A stretch of DNA of 64,000 nt, from NCBI GenBank assembly GCA_963847705.1, contig CAWKBC010000032.1, forward strand, positions 96,001 through 160,000. The letters are read 5' to 3'. Origin of the DNA: an uncultured Pseudomonadota bacterium (lineage in GTDB: Bacteria; Myxococcota_A; Polyangia; Fen-1088). How positions within the stretch are numbered: position 1 is the first letter of the stretch; each line of letters begins with the position of its first letter. Made by a program: the position numbers and the translations under genes. Below are positions 8,535 to 22,291 of the stretch, one piece after another. The notes beneath the pieces are model-generated. The model searched no databases, had not been told where the DNA came from, and was given only the letters and a program-made list of their open reading frames with translations.

Positions 8535-10496
8535 ATGTCCCGCTTCTACGTCACGACCCCGATCTACTACGTCAACGCCCTCCCCCACCTCGGCACGTTC
8601 TACACGACCGTCGTCGCCGACGCGCTGGCCCGCTACCACCGCGCGCGCGCCAAGTCCGATGGGATGGATCCCAAGGAGCGGGTGTTCTTCCTGACTGGTC
8701 TCGACGAGCACGGCCAGAAGATCGAACGCATCGCTCGCGAGCGTGGAATGGAACCACAGGCCTACTGCGACGACATCGCCGAGAAGTTTAAGCAGACGTG
8801 GAAGGAGGTGGAGATCTCCAATGACGACTTCATCCGGACCACGGAGCCGCGTCACAAGAAAGCAGTCGGCGAAATGTGGGCGCTGCTGCAGAAGGACATC
8901 TACGAGGCGGAATACGACGGCATGTATTGCGTCGGCTGCGAAGAAGCGAAGAGTGAAGACGATGTGGTCGTCGAAGGTGACCGCAAGCTCTGTCGTATCC
9001 ACCTGACGCCGGTCGAGCGGGTAAAAGAAAAGAACTACTTCTTCGATCTCCCAAGGTACGAAAAAGATCTGCTTCGTTGGTACGAAGGCCACGACACAGG
9101 AGGGCATCCGCCAGTGAAGCCTCTCTCGAGGCTCAACGAAGTACGCGCGTTCGTATCCGGCGGACTGAAGCCGCTCTCGATTTCCCGGGCCGCTGTCAAA
9201 TGGGGAATTCCCGTCCCAACCGACCCGAAGCAGACGATCTACGTCTGGATCGATGCTTTGACGAACTACCTGACAGTCCTCGGCGGCCCGGAAGCCGTCC
9301 TGCGCGCTGGAGACAAGGGATTTTGGGCTGCCTCACACCACCTGATCGCCAAGGACATCCTTCGCTTTCACGCGGTCTACTGGCCCGCCATGCTCCTGAG
9401 CGCCGGGCTACAGCTGCCAAAACAGATCTTCTGTCACGGCTACCTGACCGTGAAGGGCCAGAAGATCTCCAAGTCGATGCCCGCCACGCGCGTCGACCCG
9501 ACGGCCATCGCGGCGGAGCTGGGCGTCGATCCGCTGCGCTACTTCGTCCTCCGCGAGTACACCCTCGGCGGCGACGGCGACTTCACCTATGAATCTCTGT
9601 TCCAGCGGCACCAGTCGGATCTGGGGAACGACCTCGGCAATCTGCTGAACCGAACGCTGTCGATGGTGCACCGCTACGTGGGCAGCGAGCTCCCGGCGCG
9701 TGCAATTCAGAACACTGGGGCCTCGGAGCTGCTCGAGTTGGCGCAGTCGGCCTGGGAGGCGTTCGATCCCTCCGGCGCGCTCGAGGCGACCTGGCGGCTC
9801 GTGCGCGCGTACAACCAGAAGATCGACGAAGAGAAGCCCTGGGTGCTGCAAAAGGCCGGCGAGCAGGAGCGGTTGCTCGACGTGCTGGCCGGCTGCTGCG
9901 AGGCGCTCCGCTGGGCCGCGCTCATGGTGGCGCCTGCGATGCCCGCGTCCTCGCGCGAGATCCTCCGCCAGCTGGGGCGTTCGGCCGACGAAGGGAGCTG
10001 GCCAGCGACGTTCGGGTGGCCGGGCGGCACGCTCACCGAGCCGAAGCCGGTCTTCCCGCGCATCGAGCCGGAACGCCAGGCGGAGCTGATCGCCAAGTGG
10101 GTGCCGGCCGAGACCGCTCCCGCCGCCGCCCAGGCGACCACCGCCGCGCCTGCGGTCGCCGCACCGCCGGCCGACGTCTCGATCGACGACTTCGCCAAGA
10201 TCGATCTGCGCGCCGCCAAGGTCCTCACGGCCGAACGGGTGCCCAAGGCCGACAAGCTGCTCAAGCTGACCCTCGACATCGGCGCCGGTGAGACCCGCAC
10301 CGTCGTCTCGGGGATCGCGCCCGCCTACACGCCGGAAACAATGGTCGGCCGGACGGTCATCTACCTGTCGAACCTGGCACCCCGCAAGATCCGCGGCGTG
10401 CTCTCGCAGGGGATGATCCTGGCCGCTGGCGACGCTGACGTGCTCGGCCTCTCCGCCCTCGACCGCGAGGTCCCGCCCGGCACCCGAATCCGCTGA
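8535..10496 (+). CDS. metG: Methionyl-tRNA synthetase with C-terminal OB-fold domain
   Basis: YVTTPIYYVN..PHLG, TGLDEHGQKI, YVWIDAL, KDILRFH, KISKS; C-terminal SQGMILAA. Confidence 0.97.
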   Translation: MSRFYVTTPIYYVNALPHLGTFYTTVVADALARYHRARAKSDGMDPKERVFFLTGLDEHGQKIERIARERGMEPQAYCDDIAEKFKQTWKEVEISNDDFIRTTEPRHKKAVGEMWALLQKDIYEAEYDGMYCVGCEEAKSEDDVVVEGDRKLCRIHLTPVERVKEKNYFFDLPRYEKDLLRWYEGHDTGGHPPVKPLSRLNEVRAFVSGGLKPLSISRAAVKWGIPVPTDPKQTIYVWIDALTNYLTVLGGPEAVLRAGDKGFWAASHHLIAKDILRFHAVYWPAMLLSAGLQLPKQIFCHGYLTVKGQKISKSMPATRVDPTAIAAELGVDPLRYFVLREYTLGGDGDFTYESLFQRHQSDLGNDLGNLLNRTLSMVHRYVGSELPARAIQNTGASELLELAQSAWEAFDPSGALEATWRLVRAYNQKIDEEKPWVLQKAGEQERLLDVLAGCCEALRWAALMVAPAMPASSREILRQLGRSADEGSWPATFGWPGGTLTEPKPVFPRIEPERQAELIAKWVPAETAPAAAQATTAAPAVAAPPADVSIDDFAKIDLRAAKVLTAERVPKADKLLKLTLDIGAGETRTVVSGIAPAYTPETMVGRTVIYLSNLAPRKIRGVLSQGMILAAGDADVLGLSALDREVPPGTRIR

Positions 10497-10523
10497 CCGG
10501 CGGGTGCTATCCTCCGGCGCTGG

Positions 10524-10551
10524 GCAACCAGGCGGGCGAGCGGGCCGATGA
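10524..10551 (+). promoter_or_regulatory. Putative sigma28-type promoter GCAACC-N14-GCCGATGA (copy 2)
   Basis: Same boxes and spacing as 3796-3823; 7 nt before ATG 10559. Confidence 0.6.
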
Positions 10552-10558
10552 GGCTCGC

Positions 10559-10987
10559 ATGGGGAGAGTCATGCAGAAGATCACACTCACCAACAGCTAC
10601 GACGAAGAGGACGTCACCCGTGGTCACCGGAAGGCCGCTGACATCCGCAGCACCGAGATCGAGGCGCTGGTCGACACCGGCGCCACGATGATGGTGCTGC
10701 CCGCTGACGCCGTTTCGCGGCTGGGGCTGCTGCCGGCCGGCTATCGCAAGGTCCGGTACGCCGATGGGCGCATCGCCGAGGTCCCCTGGGTCAGCGGTAT
10801 CCGAATCACCATCCTGGGTCGCGAGACCGTCATCAACGCCCTCGTCGAAGCGGCCGGGACGACGCCGCTCATCGGGCAGATTCCGCTCGAGGAGCTGGAC
10901 CTGCTGGTCGATCCCAAGTCCCGAGAGTTGCGGGTCAACCCCGCCTCGCCGGACGCGCCGCTGCTCGACCTGCTGTCGGCCGCCTGA
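10559..10987 (+). CDS. Clan AA (retropepsin-like) aspartic protease
   Basis: ALVDTGAT catalytic motif, YADG flap, [16 protein letters not shown]. Confidence 0.88.
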   Translation: MGRVMQKITLTNSYDEEDVTRGHRKAADIRSTEIEALVDTGATMMVLPADAVSRLGLLPAGYRKVRYADGRIAEVPWVSGIRITILGRETVINALVEAAGTTPLIGQIPLEELDLLVDPKSRELRVNPASPDAPLLDLLSAA

Positions 10988-11100
10988 CCGACCCAAACCC
11001 GGCGCGCCGACCTCCAGCGCCGGAAGGGCGAAAATCGGGCGACTGGAAACACTTTTTCTCTTGCGTTGAGGACCCCCGGTCGAGGCTAATCAGCCTTGTC

Positions 11101-12357
11101 ATGCCCAGCGCAAAACCAGTCATTCCGTCAGGTGCCGATCCCATCACCGTCCACGCCGCCGGGCACCTGGAGGTGCCCGATCACCCGATCATCCCCTTCA
11201 TCGAAGGCGATGGAACCGGGCCAGATATCTGGCGCGCCAGCGTCCGCGTGCTCGACGCGGCGGTCGCCAAGGAGTTCGGCGGCAAAAAGAAGATCGCCTG
11301 GGCGGAGGTCTACGCCGGCGGAAAGTCGAAGGAGCTGTTCGACAGCTGGCTGCCCGACGAGACGCTGGAGGCCTTCAAGACCTACTACGTCGGGATCAAG
11401 GGGCCGCTCACCACGCCGGTCGGCGGCGGCATCCGGTCGCTCAACGTGGCCATCCGGCAGATGCTCGACCTCTACGTCTGCCTGCGCCCGGTCCAGTACT
11501 TCAAGGGCGTCCCCTCGCCGGTGAAGGCGCCCGAGAAGGTCAACATGGTGATCTTCCGCGAGAACACCGAGGACATCTACGCCGGGATCGAGTGGGCGGC
11601 CGAGTCGCCCGAGGCCAAGAAGGTCATCGCCTTCCTGCAGAACGAGATGGGGGTGAAGAAGATCCGTTTCCCCGAGACCTCCGGGATCGGGATCAAGCCG
11701 GTCTCCCGCGAGGGGTCGGAGCGTCTCATCCGCGCCGCCATCGACTACGCCATCCTCCACAAGCGCAAGAGCGTGACCCTGGTCCACAAGGGGAACATCA
11801 TGAAGTTCACCGAGGGGGGCTTCCGCGATTGGGGCTACGCCCTGGTGAAGCGCGAGTACGAGGGGCGCGCCATCGGCTGGGACGACTGCGGCGGCAAGCC
11901 GCCGGCCGGCCAGGTTCTCGTCAAAGACTCCATCGCCGACATCACGCTGCAGCAGGTCCTCACCCGTCCCGACGAGTTCGAGGTGATCGCCACCCTGAAC
12001 CTGAACGGCGACTACCTGTCGGACGCGCTGGCGGCGCAGGTGGGCGGCATCGGCATCGCGCCGGGCGGCAACATCAACTACGTGACCGGCCACGCGGTGT
12101 TCGAGGCGACGCACGGCACGGCGCCCAAGTACGCCAACCTCGACAAGGTGAACCCAGGTTCGGTGATCCTCTCGGGCGTCATGCTGCTCGAGCACCTCGG
12201 CTGGGCTGGCGCCGCCGCGCGCACCATCGCCGCGCTGGAAAAGACCATCGCGCAGAAGACCGTCACCTATGATTTCGCCCGCCTCATGGAGGGAGCCAAG
12301 GAAGTAAGCTGCTCCGCCTTCGGCGACGCCATCATCAAGAACATCGAAAACCCCTGA
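11101..12357 (+). CDS. icd: NADP-dependent isocitrate dehydrogenase
   Basis: [60 protein letters not shown]. Confidence 0.97.
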   Translation: MPSAKPVIPSGADPITVHAAGHLEVPDHPIIPFIEGDGTGPDIWRASVRVLDAAVAKEFGGKKKIAWAEVYAGGKSKELFDSWLPDETLEAFKTYYVGIKGPLTTPVGGGIRSLNVAIRQMLDLYVCLRPVQYFKGVPSPVKAPEKVNMVIFRENTEDIYAGIEWAAESPEAKKVIAFLQNEMGVKKIRFPETSGIGIKPVSREGSERLIRAAIDYAILHKRKSVTLVHKGNIMKFTEGGFRDWGYALVKREYEGRAIGWDDCGGKPPAGQVLVKDSIADITLQQVLTRPDEFEVIATLNLNGDYLSDALAAQVGGIGIAPGGNINYVTGHAVFEATHGTAPKYANLDKVNPGSVILSGVMLLEHLGWAGAAARTIAALEKTIAQKTVTYDFARLMEGAKEVSCSAFGDAIIKNIENP

Positions 12358-12442
12358 GGGTCGCGAATCCTCTCGCGATCCGGGTAAGGCGGGCTAAGCT
12401 CGTCCCGCCTTTTTCGCGAGCCCCATCCAAGGAGTCCCAGAC

Positions 12443-13381
12443 ATGTCCGGTCGGAAGAAGATTGCCCTCATTGGTGCCGGCAACATCGGCGGTGAATTGG
12501 CCTCCCTGGCGGCGCGCGCCGAGCTCGGCGACGTCGTCCTGTTCGACATCCCCGAGAAGGAGGGGGTCGCCAAGGGGAAGGCGCTCGACCTCGAGCAGAA
12601 CAACGCGGTCCTCGGTCACGACGCCAAGATCACCGGCACCTCGAGCTGGGCCGACTGCGCCGGCGCCGACGTCGTCATCATCACGGCCGGCGTGCCGCGC
12701 AAGCCGGGCATGTCGCGCGACGACTTGTTGTCGGTGAACCTGAAGATCATCCGCAACGTGGCGGAGAACCTGAAGCAGCACTGCCCCAACGCCTTCGTGA
12801 TCGTGGTGTCGAACCCGCTCGACGTCATGGTCTACGAGCTCAAGCGCGTCACCGGGTTTTCGGCCAAGAAGGTGGTCGGGATGGCCGGCATCCTCGACTC
12901 CGGCCGGTTTCAGCTCTTCCTGGCCCAGGAGGCCGGCGTCTCCGTCAAGGACGTCCGCGCCATGGTGCTCGGCGGCCACGGCGACACCATGGTGCCGATC
13001 CTCAGCGCCACCACCATCAACGGCATCCCGGTCAAGCAGCTGGTCGCCGCCGACAAGCTGGCCGCCATCGTCGACCGCACCCGCAACGGCGGCGGCGAGA
13101 TCGTCAAGCTGATGGGGACCAGCGCCTTCGCGGCGCCAGCCTCGTCGGCGATCGCCATGGCGACGGCCTACCTGAAGGATCAGAAGCGCCTCCTCGCCTG
13201 CGCGGCCTACCTCGACGGCGAGTACGGGCACAAGGATCTCTACGTGGGCGTCCCCATCGTGATCGGCGCCGGGGGCGTCGAGAAGATCGTCGCGCTCGAC
13301 CTGGCGGCTGACGAAAAAGCCGCGCTCGACAAATCGGCAGCGGCCGTGCGCGAAGTGCTCGAAGCCTCGCGCAAGCTGTAA
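12443..13381 (+). CDS. mdh: Malate dehydrogenase (LDH-like type)
   Basis: [40 protein letters not shown]. Confidence 0.97.
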   Translation: MSGRKKIALIGAGNIGGELASLAARAELGDVVLFDIPEKEGVAKGKALDLEQNNAVLGHDAKITGTSSWADCAGADVVIITAGVPRKPGMSRDDLLSVNLKIIRNVAENLKQHCPNAFVIVVSNPLDVMVYELKRVTGFSAKKVVGMAGILDSGRFQLFLAQEAGVSVKDVRAMVLGGHGDTMVPILSATTINGIPVKQLVAADKLAAIVDRTRNGGGEIVKLMGTSAFAAPASSAIAMATAYLKDQKRLLACAAYLDGEYGHKDLYVGVPIVIGAGGVEKIVALDLAADEKAALDKSAAAVREVLEASRKL

Positions 13382-13419
13382 TCGCGCAAGCCAGAGTCAA
13401 AGAAAGGCCCAGTGACGCC

Positions 13420-14604
<1,185 letters not shown>

Positions 14605-14606
14605 CC

Positions 14607-15482
14607 ATGTCCGTTCTCGTCGGAAAAGAGACCAAGCTGATCGTCCAGGGGATCACCGGGTCCGCTGGCACCTTCCACGCCAAGCAGATGCGCGAGTACG
14701 GCACCAACGTCGTCGGCGGTGTGACGCCCGGCAAGGGTGGCGTCGTCCACGAAGGGTTCGCCGTGTTCGACACCGTCGAGCAGGCGGTCAAGAAGACCGG
14801 CGCCAACGCCACCGTCATCTACGTCCCACCGCCCGGCGCCGCCGACGCGATCCTCGAGGCGGCGCAGGCCGGCATCGGGGTGATCGTCTGCATCACCGAG
14901 GGGATCCCGACGCTGGACATGGTGCGGGCCAAACGCGCGCTCGACGCCTACGGCTCGAAGGTGACGCTCATCGGCCCCAACTGCCCAGGCATCATCACCC
15001 CGGGCGAGTGCAAGATCGGGATCATGCCGGGCTACATCCACAAGCCGGGCAAGGTGGGCGTGGTGTCGCGCTCAGGGACGCTCACCTACGAAGCGGCGCA
15101 TCAATTAACTGGATTGGGTCTCGGTCAATCCACCGCCATCGGCATCGGCGGCGATCCGGTCAAGGGGATCGACTTCGTCGACTGCCTGGCCATGTTCGAG
15201 CGCGATCCGCAGACCAAGGCCGTGCTGATGATCGGCGAGATCGGCGGGACGTCCGAAGAAGAGGCCGCCCAGTTCGTGAAGGACCACATGAAGAAGCCGG
15301 TCGCCGCCTTCATCGCCGGTCAGACCGCACCGCCCGGCAAGCGGATGGGTCACGCGGGCGCCATCATCAGCGGCGGCAAGGGGACGGCGGCCGAGAAGAT
15401 CGCCGCCCTTCGCGAGGCCAACATCGCCATCGCCGCCACCCCGGCCGAGCTCGGCAAGACCGTCGCCAAGTTCGTGTCGTAG
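14607..15482 (+). CDS. sucD: Succinyl-CoA synthetase alpha subunit
   Basis: [31 protein letters not shown]. Confidence 0.97.
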   Translation: MSVLVGKETKLIVQGITGSAGTFHAKQMREYGTNVVGGVTPGKGGVVHEGFAVFDTVEQAVKKTGANATVIYVPPPGAADAILEAAQAGIGVIVCITEGIPTLDMVRAKRALDAYGSKVTLIGPNCPGIITPGECKIGIMPGYIHKPGKVGVVSRSGTLTYEAAHQLTGLGLGQSTAIGIGGDPVKGIDFVDCLAMFERDPQTKAVLMIGEIGGTSEEEAAQFVKDHMKKPVAAFIAGQTAPPGKRMGHAGAIISGGKGTAAEKIAALREANIAIAATPAELGKTVAKFVS

Positions 15483-15483
15483 T

Positions 15484-15670
15484 GATGGGTTCGGCCGAGC
15501 AAAGCTCGTCCGCTCCCGACGCGCTCGCTGTGATGGGAACCCTCAAAGGGTTCCCAAACCCTCCCGCGATGGGTTCGGCCGAGCAAAGCTCGTCCGCTCC
15601 CGACGCGCTCGCTGTGATGGGAACCCTCAGAGGGTTCCCAAACCCTCCCGCGCTCCCGACGCGATCGCTG
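15484..15670. repeat. REP-like palindromic element, 84-bp unit x2 plus partial
   Basis: Units start at 15484 and 15568; each has hairpins CGAGC-AAA-GCTCG and TGGGAACCCT-nnn-AGGGTTCCCA; array ends with ACGCGATC. Confidence 0.9.
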
Positions 15671-15777
15671 AGAATTCTGAGGGCCGACGCCAATGGCCGA
15701 CGCGTCGGATCAATTCGCTGGATCTCACTGTGACGATCCAGTAGACCCCGGTCGTTCAACCCACCAGAGAAAGACCA

Positions 15778-16197
15778 ATGTCCATCGAACGTACTTTCGG
15801 AATCGTGAAGCCAGACGCTGTCGCCAAGAACGCCATCGGGGGCGTCATCGAGATGGTCGAGAAGACCGGCCTCAAGATCGTCGGCCTGCGCCTGGTGCAC
15901 CTTTCGGACGCGCAGGCCCGCGCCTTCTACGCGGTCCACAAAGAGCGGCCGTTTTTCAACGGGCTGGTCCAGTTCATGACCTCGGGTCCGGCCGTGGTGA
16001 TGGCCATCGAAGGCGAGAACGCCGTCGCCCGCTACCGCGAGGTGATGGGGCCCACTGACTCGAAGAAGGCGCCCGCCGGAACCATCCGGCAGAGGTACGG
16101 GACCGACATCGAGCGGAACGCGGTCCACGGCAGCGACGGGCCCGACACGGCGCGTGGCGAGCTGGCGTTCTTCTTCGCCGGGCTCGACCTCGGCTGA
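15778..16197 (+). CDS. ndk: Nucleoside diphosphate kinase
   Basis: [31 protein letters not shown]. Confidence 0.97.
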   Translation: MSIERTFGIVKPDAVAKNAIGGVIEMVEKTGLKIVGLRLVHLSDAQARAFYAVHKERPFFNGLVQFMTSGPAVVMAIEGENAVARYREVMGPTDSKKAPAGTIRQRYGTDIERNAVHGSDGPDTARGELAFFFAGLDLG

Positions 16198-16334
16198 GAG
16201 CCCCATCGGTGCGGGTGGGGGGCCGGGTTTTGGGGCGCGGCGGGCGCCGAAAACGTTGCGCGATCTGGCGCGCAGCGTTCGCAAGGCGGTATTTATCCTT
16301 ACTTCGATTCGGGATATAGTGGTCGCGCAACACA

Positions 16335-18173
<1,839 letters not shown>

Positions 18174-18223
18174 CTCGCAATATGACTCGCAGCACCATCA
18201 CCGAGAGGAACCGGAAGCGCCCC

Positions 18224-21037
18224 ATGAGCAGCCGACTCACGCTGGTCCTCGCCGCAGCCGCGGTCGCCGTCACGGTGACGCCGGCGCGCGCGCAGTCGCT
18301 GCGCCCGAACATCATGTTCCTGTTTGACAGCTCGGGCTCGATGCACGAGAACTCGAGCCTCGTCAACCAGGCCGACGGCACGACGGTCTGCCCCCAGAGC
18401 ACCACCAGCCGGATCTACAGCCTCAAGAGCGGCCTCCGGGCGGCGCTGCAGCAGGTGGGGACCGACGAAGCGAACTTCGGCCTCATGTCGTTCCCGGAGG
18501 TGGTTTCGAACACCTACACGGCCCTCACCGCCGGCCAATGCACCACGGAAACGCAGAACCCGATCGGGCACTACTCGGCCAGCCCGCAGCAGACGATGAC
18601 CGTGCCGAACCGGGCCGGCACCGGGTACCACAACGCCACCACGTACCCCATCGGCTGCCTGATGTCGACGAACAACTCGGCCAGCCAGACGACCTACGGC
18701 GCCTGGTTCACCAGCGGCGCCTCCCAGGTATTTCACGTCGGCGTGACCGCGGCCGCGGTGGGCACGATGCCGACGGCCGCGCAGTTCGACCCATCCGGCG
18801 CCACCCAGATGGCTTCAATCTACAAGTGGATCGACAACGTCGAGGCACCGACCAGCAACGGCCCGGTGACCGATCCCGAGCTGCACCCGAATGACTACAC
18901 CCCGCTCGGCCGTTCGCTCTTCTACGCGAACCTCTACTTCCAAAATGAGGTCATCCCCAACGACCCGAAGGGGTCCTGCCGTCACAACGTCATCGTGATC
19001 GCCACCGACGGGGACGAGACCTGCGATGATTCGACCGCGCCCGACAACACCTTCAAGAACGCCGACTGCTCGGGCGGCGGCAACTACGACGCCTTCAACC
19101 CGATCAACCAGGCCTGTCAGCTGGCGAAGGCCGGGGTCAAGGTCTACGTCATCACCGACACCACGGCCGACAACGCCAACGACGCCATCGCGGCCGCCGG
19201 CGGCACCAACGCCTCCATCCGCGTCTCGCTGAACGATCCGAACGCCGCCAAGAGCGCCATCGTCGGGATCATCGCGCAGAACGTCCCGCCCGTGGAGATC
19301 TGCAACGGCAAGGACGACAACTGCAACGGCCTCATCGACGAGGGCGTCTCCAATGAGTGCAGCACCTGCACGCCGGGGAACACCAACCCCAACTGCGGCA
19401 GCTTCGTCATCAGCCCCAACAACCCCAACGACCCCGACAACCTCCTGGGGACGGCTGCCAAGCACTGCGCCGTCGAGACCTGCAACTGCCTCGACGACAA
19501 CTGCAACGGGCAGATCGACGAGGGGCTGCCCCTCAACGCCTGTGGCAAACCGTGCGGCTGTGCGGTCCCCAAGGAGATCTGCAACGGGCTCGACGACAAC
19601 TGCGATGGGATCATCGACAACGGCAACTGGCCGACGGGCGCCGTTGGAACTCCCTGTAACAACGGCGCCATAGGCGCTTGCTACCGCACGGGGATCCTGG
19701 TCTGCAACGCCACCGGAACCGACACGGTCTGCAACGCGCCGATCGGGACGCCGCAACCAGAGGTCTGCAACGGCCTCGACGACAACTGCGACGGACAGAT
19801 CGACAACGCTCCGGCGGGCGGCACGCTGCCCGGCGTGGGCGAGGCCTGCGGCAACGGCCTCGGCGCCTGCCAGTCGGGGACCATCATCTGCGAGAACGGC
19901 AAGCTGCAGTGCAACGTGACCAGCACGCCCCAGCCGGAGGTGTGCGACGGCATCGACAACGACTGTGACGGTATCGTCGACGACGGCAACTTCCCGGAGA
20001 CCGGCCAGCCCTGCCTCTGTCCCGGCTTGACGGCGGCCGAGGTCGGCGTGGGCATTTGCCAGGCTGGCCATGAGCAGTGCATGGGTGCGCTCGGGTTCGT
20101 CTGCGTCGGCTGTGTGCTCCCCTCGGCGGGGGAGATCTGCAACGGCAAGGACAATAACTGCGACGGCGTGACGGACACCACCGGCAACTGCCCGAACGGC
20201 TACGGCTGCAAGGACGGCGCCTGTTCGCTCCAGTGCAAGGGGGGCGAGTTCCCCTGCCCGCTCGGCTACAAGTGCTCGAACAACTACTGCATCCCGCAGC
20301 GCTGCGCCAACGTCCCCCCCTGCCCGACCGGCCAGATGTGCGACGAAAACACCGGGTCTTGCGTCGACGATTGCGCGGGGGTCACCTGCACGGGTCCCCA
20401 CCAGACCTGCGTCGGCGGCCTCTGCGTCAACTGCTACGACGCCGGCTTCACCTGCCAGGCTGGGCAGCTCTGCCTGGACGGCCTCTGCAAGCCTGATCCC
20501 TGCAAGGGGGTCACCTGCACCGCCACCCAGTACTGCGCTAACGGCGCGTGCGTCAATCTGTGTGACTCGACCACCTGCCTCGCCGGCCAGCGTTGCGTCA
20601 ATGGCAACTGCCTCCCCGATCCCTGTGGAAACATGTACTGCCCGCCGGGACAGTTCTGCAATCCGAGCACCGTCGCCTGCGAGCCGAATCGCTGCCTCTC
20701 GACCCAATGCCCGGCGGGAGAAGCCTGCGTCTCGACCGCGGCGAGCACCTCGACGCTCACGAGCGAGATCTGCGAAGCAGATCCCTGCGCCACCATCGAC
20801 TGCCCCAGCACCTGCTACACGTGCACCGTCACCTCCGATGGCCTGGGGAGCTGCACGCTGAAGCCCGGTCCGGACGGGACACCCCTCTGCACGTCGGTCA
20901 CCACCAACGTCGGCCAGCGGGGCGGCGGCGAGTCGGGCTGCAGCTGCGCCGTGGGCGGCGGGTCTGACGGCTGGGGCTGGCTGGGACTGGTTCTGGGGCT
21001 CGGCCTCATCAGCGCGCGCCGACGCCGGCGAAGCTGA
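18224..21037 (+). CDS. Secreted vWA-domain protein with six MopE-type repeats, EGF-like Cys-rich stalk and MYXO-CTERM anchor
   Basis: Signal peptide, MIDAS motif FLFDSSGSM, TPLG, ATDG; C-terminal GCSCAV...TM...RRRRR; start 18182 also possible. Confidence 0.85.
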   Translation: MSSRLTLVLAAAAVAVTVTPARAQSLRPNIMFLFDSSGSMHENSSLVNQADGTTVCPQSTTSRIYSLKSGLRAALQQVGTDEANFGLMSFPEVVSNTYTALTAGQCTTETQNPIGHYSASPQQTMTVPNRAGTGYHNATTYPIGCLMSTNNSASQTTYGAWFTSGASQVFHVGVTAAAVGTMPTAAQFDPSGATQMASIYKWIDNVEAPTSNGPVTDPELHPNDYTPLGRSLFYANLYFQNEVIPNDPKGSCRHNVIVIATDGDETCDDSTAPDNTFKNADCSGGGNYDAFNPINQACQLAKAGVKVYVITDTTADNANDAIAAAGGTNASIRVSLNDPNAAKSAIVGIIAQNVPPVEICNGKDDNCNGLIDEGVSNECSTCTPGNTNPNCGSFVISPNNPNDPDNLLGTAAKHCAVETCNCLDDNCNGQIDEGLPLNACGKPCGCAVPKEICNGLDDNCDGIIDNGNWPTGAVGTPCNNGAIGACYRTGILVCNATGTDTVCNAPIGTPQPEVCNGLDDNCDGQIDNAPAGGTLPGVGEACGNGLGACQSGTIICENGKLQCNVTSTPQPEVCDGIDNDCDGIVDDGNFPETGQPCLCPGLTAAEVGVGICQAGHEQCMGALGFVCVGCVLPSAGEICNGKDNNCDGVTDTTGNCPNGYGCKDGACSLQCKGGEFPCPLGYKCSNNYCIPQRCANVPPCPTGQMCDENTGSCVDDCAGVTCTGPHQTCVGGLCVNCYDAGFTCQAGQLCLDGLCKPDPCKGVTCTATQYCANGACVNLCDSTTCLAGQRCVNGNCLPDPCGNMYCPPGQFCNPSTVACEPNRCLSTQCPAGEACVSTAASTSTLTSEICEADPCATIDCPSTCYTCTVTSDGLGSCTLKPGPDGTPLCTSVTTNVGQRGGGESGCSCAVGGGSDGWGWLGLVLGLGLISARRRRRS

Positions 21038-21121
21038 GCGGGGCCAAGCTGAGCGATGGGCGGGGCGAGGAGCGCCAACGCCCCTGGCCAGGCCCCGCCG
21101 GCGGCGTTATCCTCCGCGGCC

Positions 21122-22291
21122 GTGACCGCCGCAGCCCTCCCCGCCGAAAGCGAGCTCCCCCGACCGGGCGCCGGCGCGCCTCTGCGCGGGCTGCTGCCGG
21201 CGGAGCTCGCGGCCTGGGCAACCGCGGCGGGCGCCCCCGCCTACCGCGCCGAGCAGATCTTCCGCTGGCTGCACGGCAAGACGGTCGAGACCGTCGACCA
21301 GATGGTCAACGTGCCGCCCGCCCTGCGGCAGGCGCTGACGGAGGCGCATCCGCTGCGCCCCCTGGTCCTGGACGTCCTTCAGACCGCGCGCGACGGCACA
21401 CGCAAGCTGCGCTGGCGGACACACGACGGCCGCGCCATCGAGTCGGTCCTCATCCCCGACGAGGACGCGGAGCGCAACCGACTGACCCTCTGCGTCTCCT
21501 CGCAGGTCGGCTGCGCCATCGACTGCCGGTTCTGCGCCACCGCAACGCTGGGGTTCGGCCGCCACCTCGGCGCCGACGAGATCGTCGAGCAGATCTACCG
21601 CGCCACGGCGCTGGCCGGCCGGCGGCCGACCAACCTGGTGTTCATGGGGATGGGCGAGCCGCTGCACAACTACGACAACCTGATGCGCGCGCTGGCGCTG
21701 CTGGAGCACCCCTGGGGCGCGGGCTTCTCGCCACGCCGGATCACCGTCTCGACGGCGGGGCTGGTCTCCGGGATCGACAAGCTGGCGGCGGCCAAGTCGG
21801 TCGCCGGTCAGGGCTCGGCCCCCAACCTGGCCATCTCGCTCAACGCCACCACTGACGAGGTGCGTGATCGGATCATGCCGATCAACAAGCGCTGGCCGAT
21901 CGCGGCGCTGCTGGAGGCCGCCCGGCGATTTCCCCTCTCGCACGGGCGCCGGGTCACCTTCGAGTACGTCCTGCTGGGCGGCGTCAACGACAGCGACGCC
22001 GACGCGGATCGCCTGCCGGGCCTCCTGCGGGGGATCCCCTCCAAGGTGAACCTCATCCCCTGGAACGGGTTTGCAGGCCCCGAGTTCGTGCGCCCCCCCG
22101 CGGAGCGCATCCGGAGCTTCCAGGAGCGCCTCCGCGCGGCCGGCGTCGCCGTCTACATCCGCTCGCCCCGCGGTGACGACATCGACGCCGCCTGCGGGCA
22201 ACTGGCCGCCCGTCAAGACGCCGAGACTCCGAAGGCCCCCGGCGCGCTGGCGACCATCCGGGTCGGACCATGGCCACCGACGACGAGCTGA
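21122..22291 (+). CDS. rlmN: Dual-specificity 23S rRNA/tRNA m2A methyltransferase (radical SAM)
   Basis: CVSSQVGCAIDCRFC, FMGMGEPL, FEYVLL, DIDAACGQL; GTG 21122 preferred because TATCCT lies 8 nt upstream. Confidence 0.95.
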   Translation: MTAAALPAESELPRPGAGAPLRGLLPAELAAWATAAGAPAYRAEQIFRWLHGKTVETVDQMVNVPPALRQALTEAHPLRPLVLDVLQTARDGTRKLRWRTHDGRAIESVLIPDEDAERNRLTLCVSSQVGCAIDCRFCATATLGFGRHLGADEIVEQIYRATALAGRRPTNLVFMGMGEPLHNYDNLMRALALLEHPWGAGFSPRRITVSTAGLVSGIDKLAAAKSVAGQGSAPNLAISLNATTDEVRDRIMPINKRWPIAALLEAARRFPLSHGRRVTFEYVLLGGVNDSDADADRLPGLLRGIPSKVNLIPWNGFAGPEFVRPPAERIRSFQERLRAAGVAVYIRSPRGDDIDAACGQLAARQDAETPKAPGALATIRVGPWPPTTS

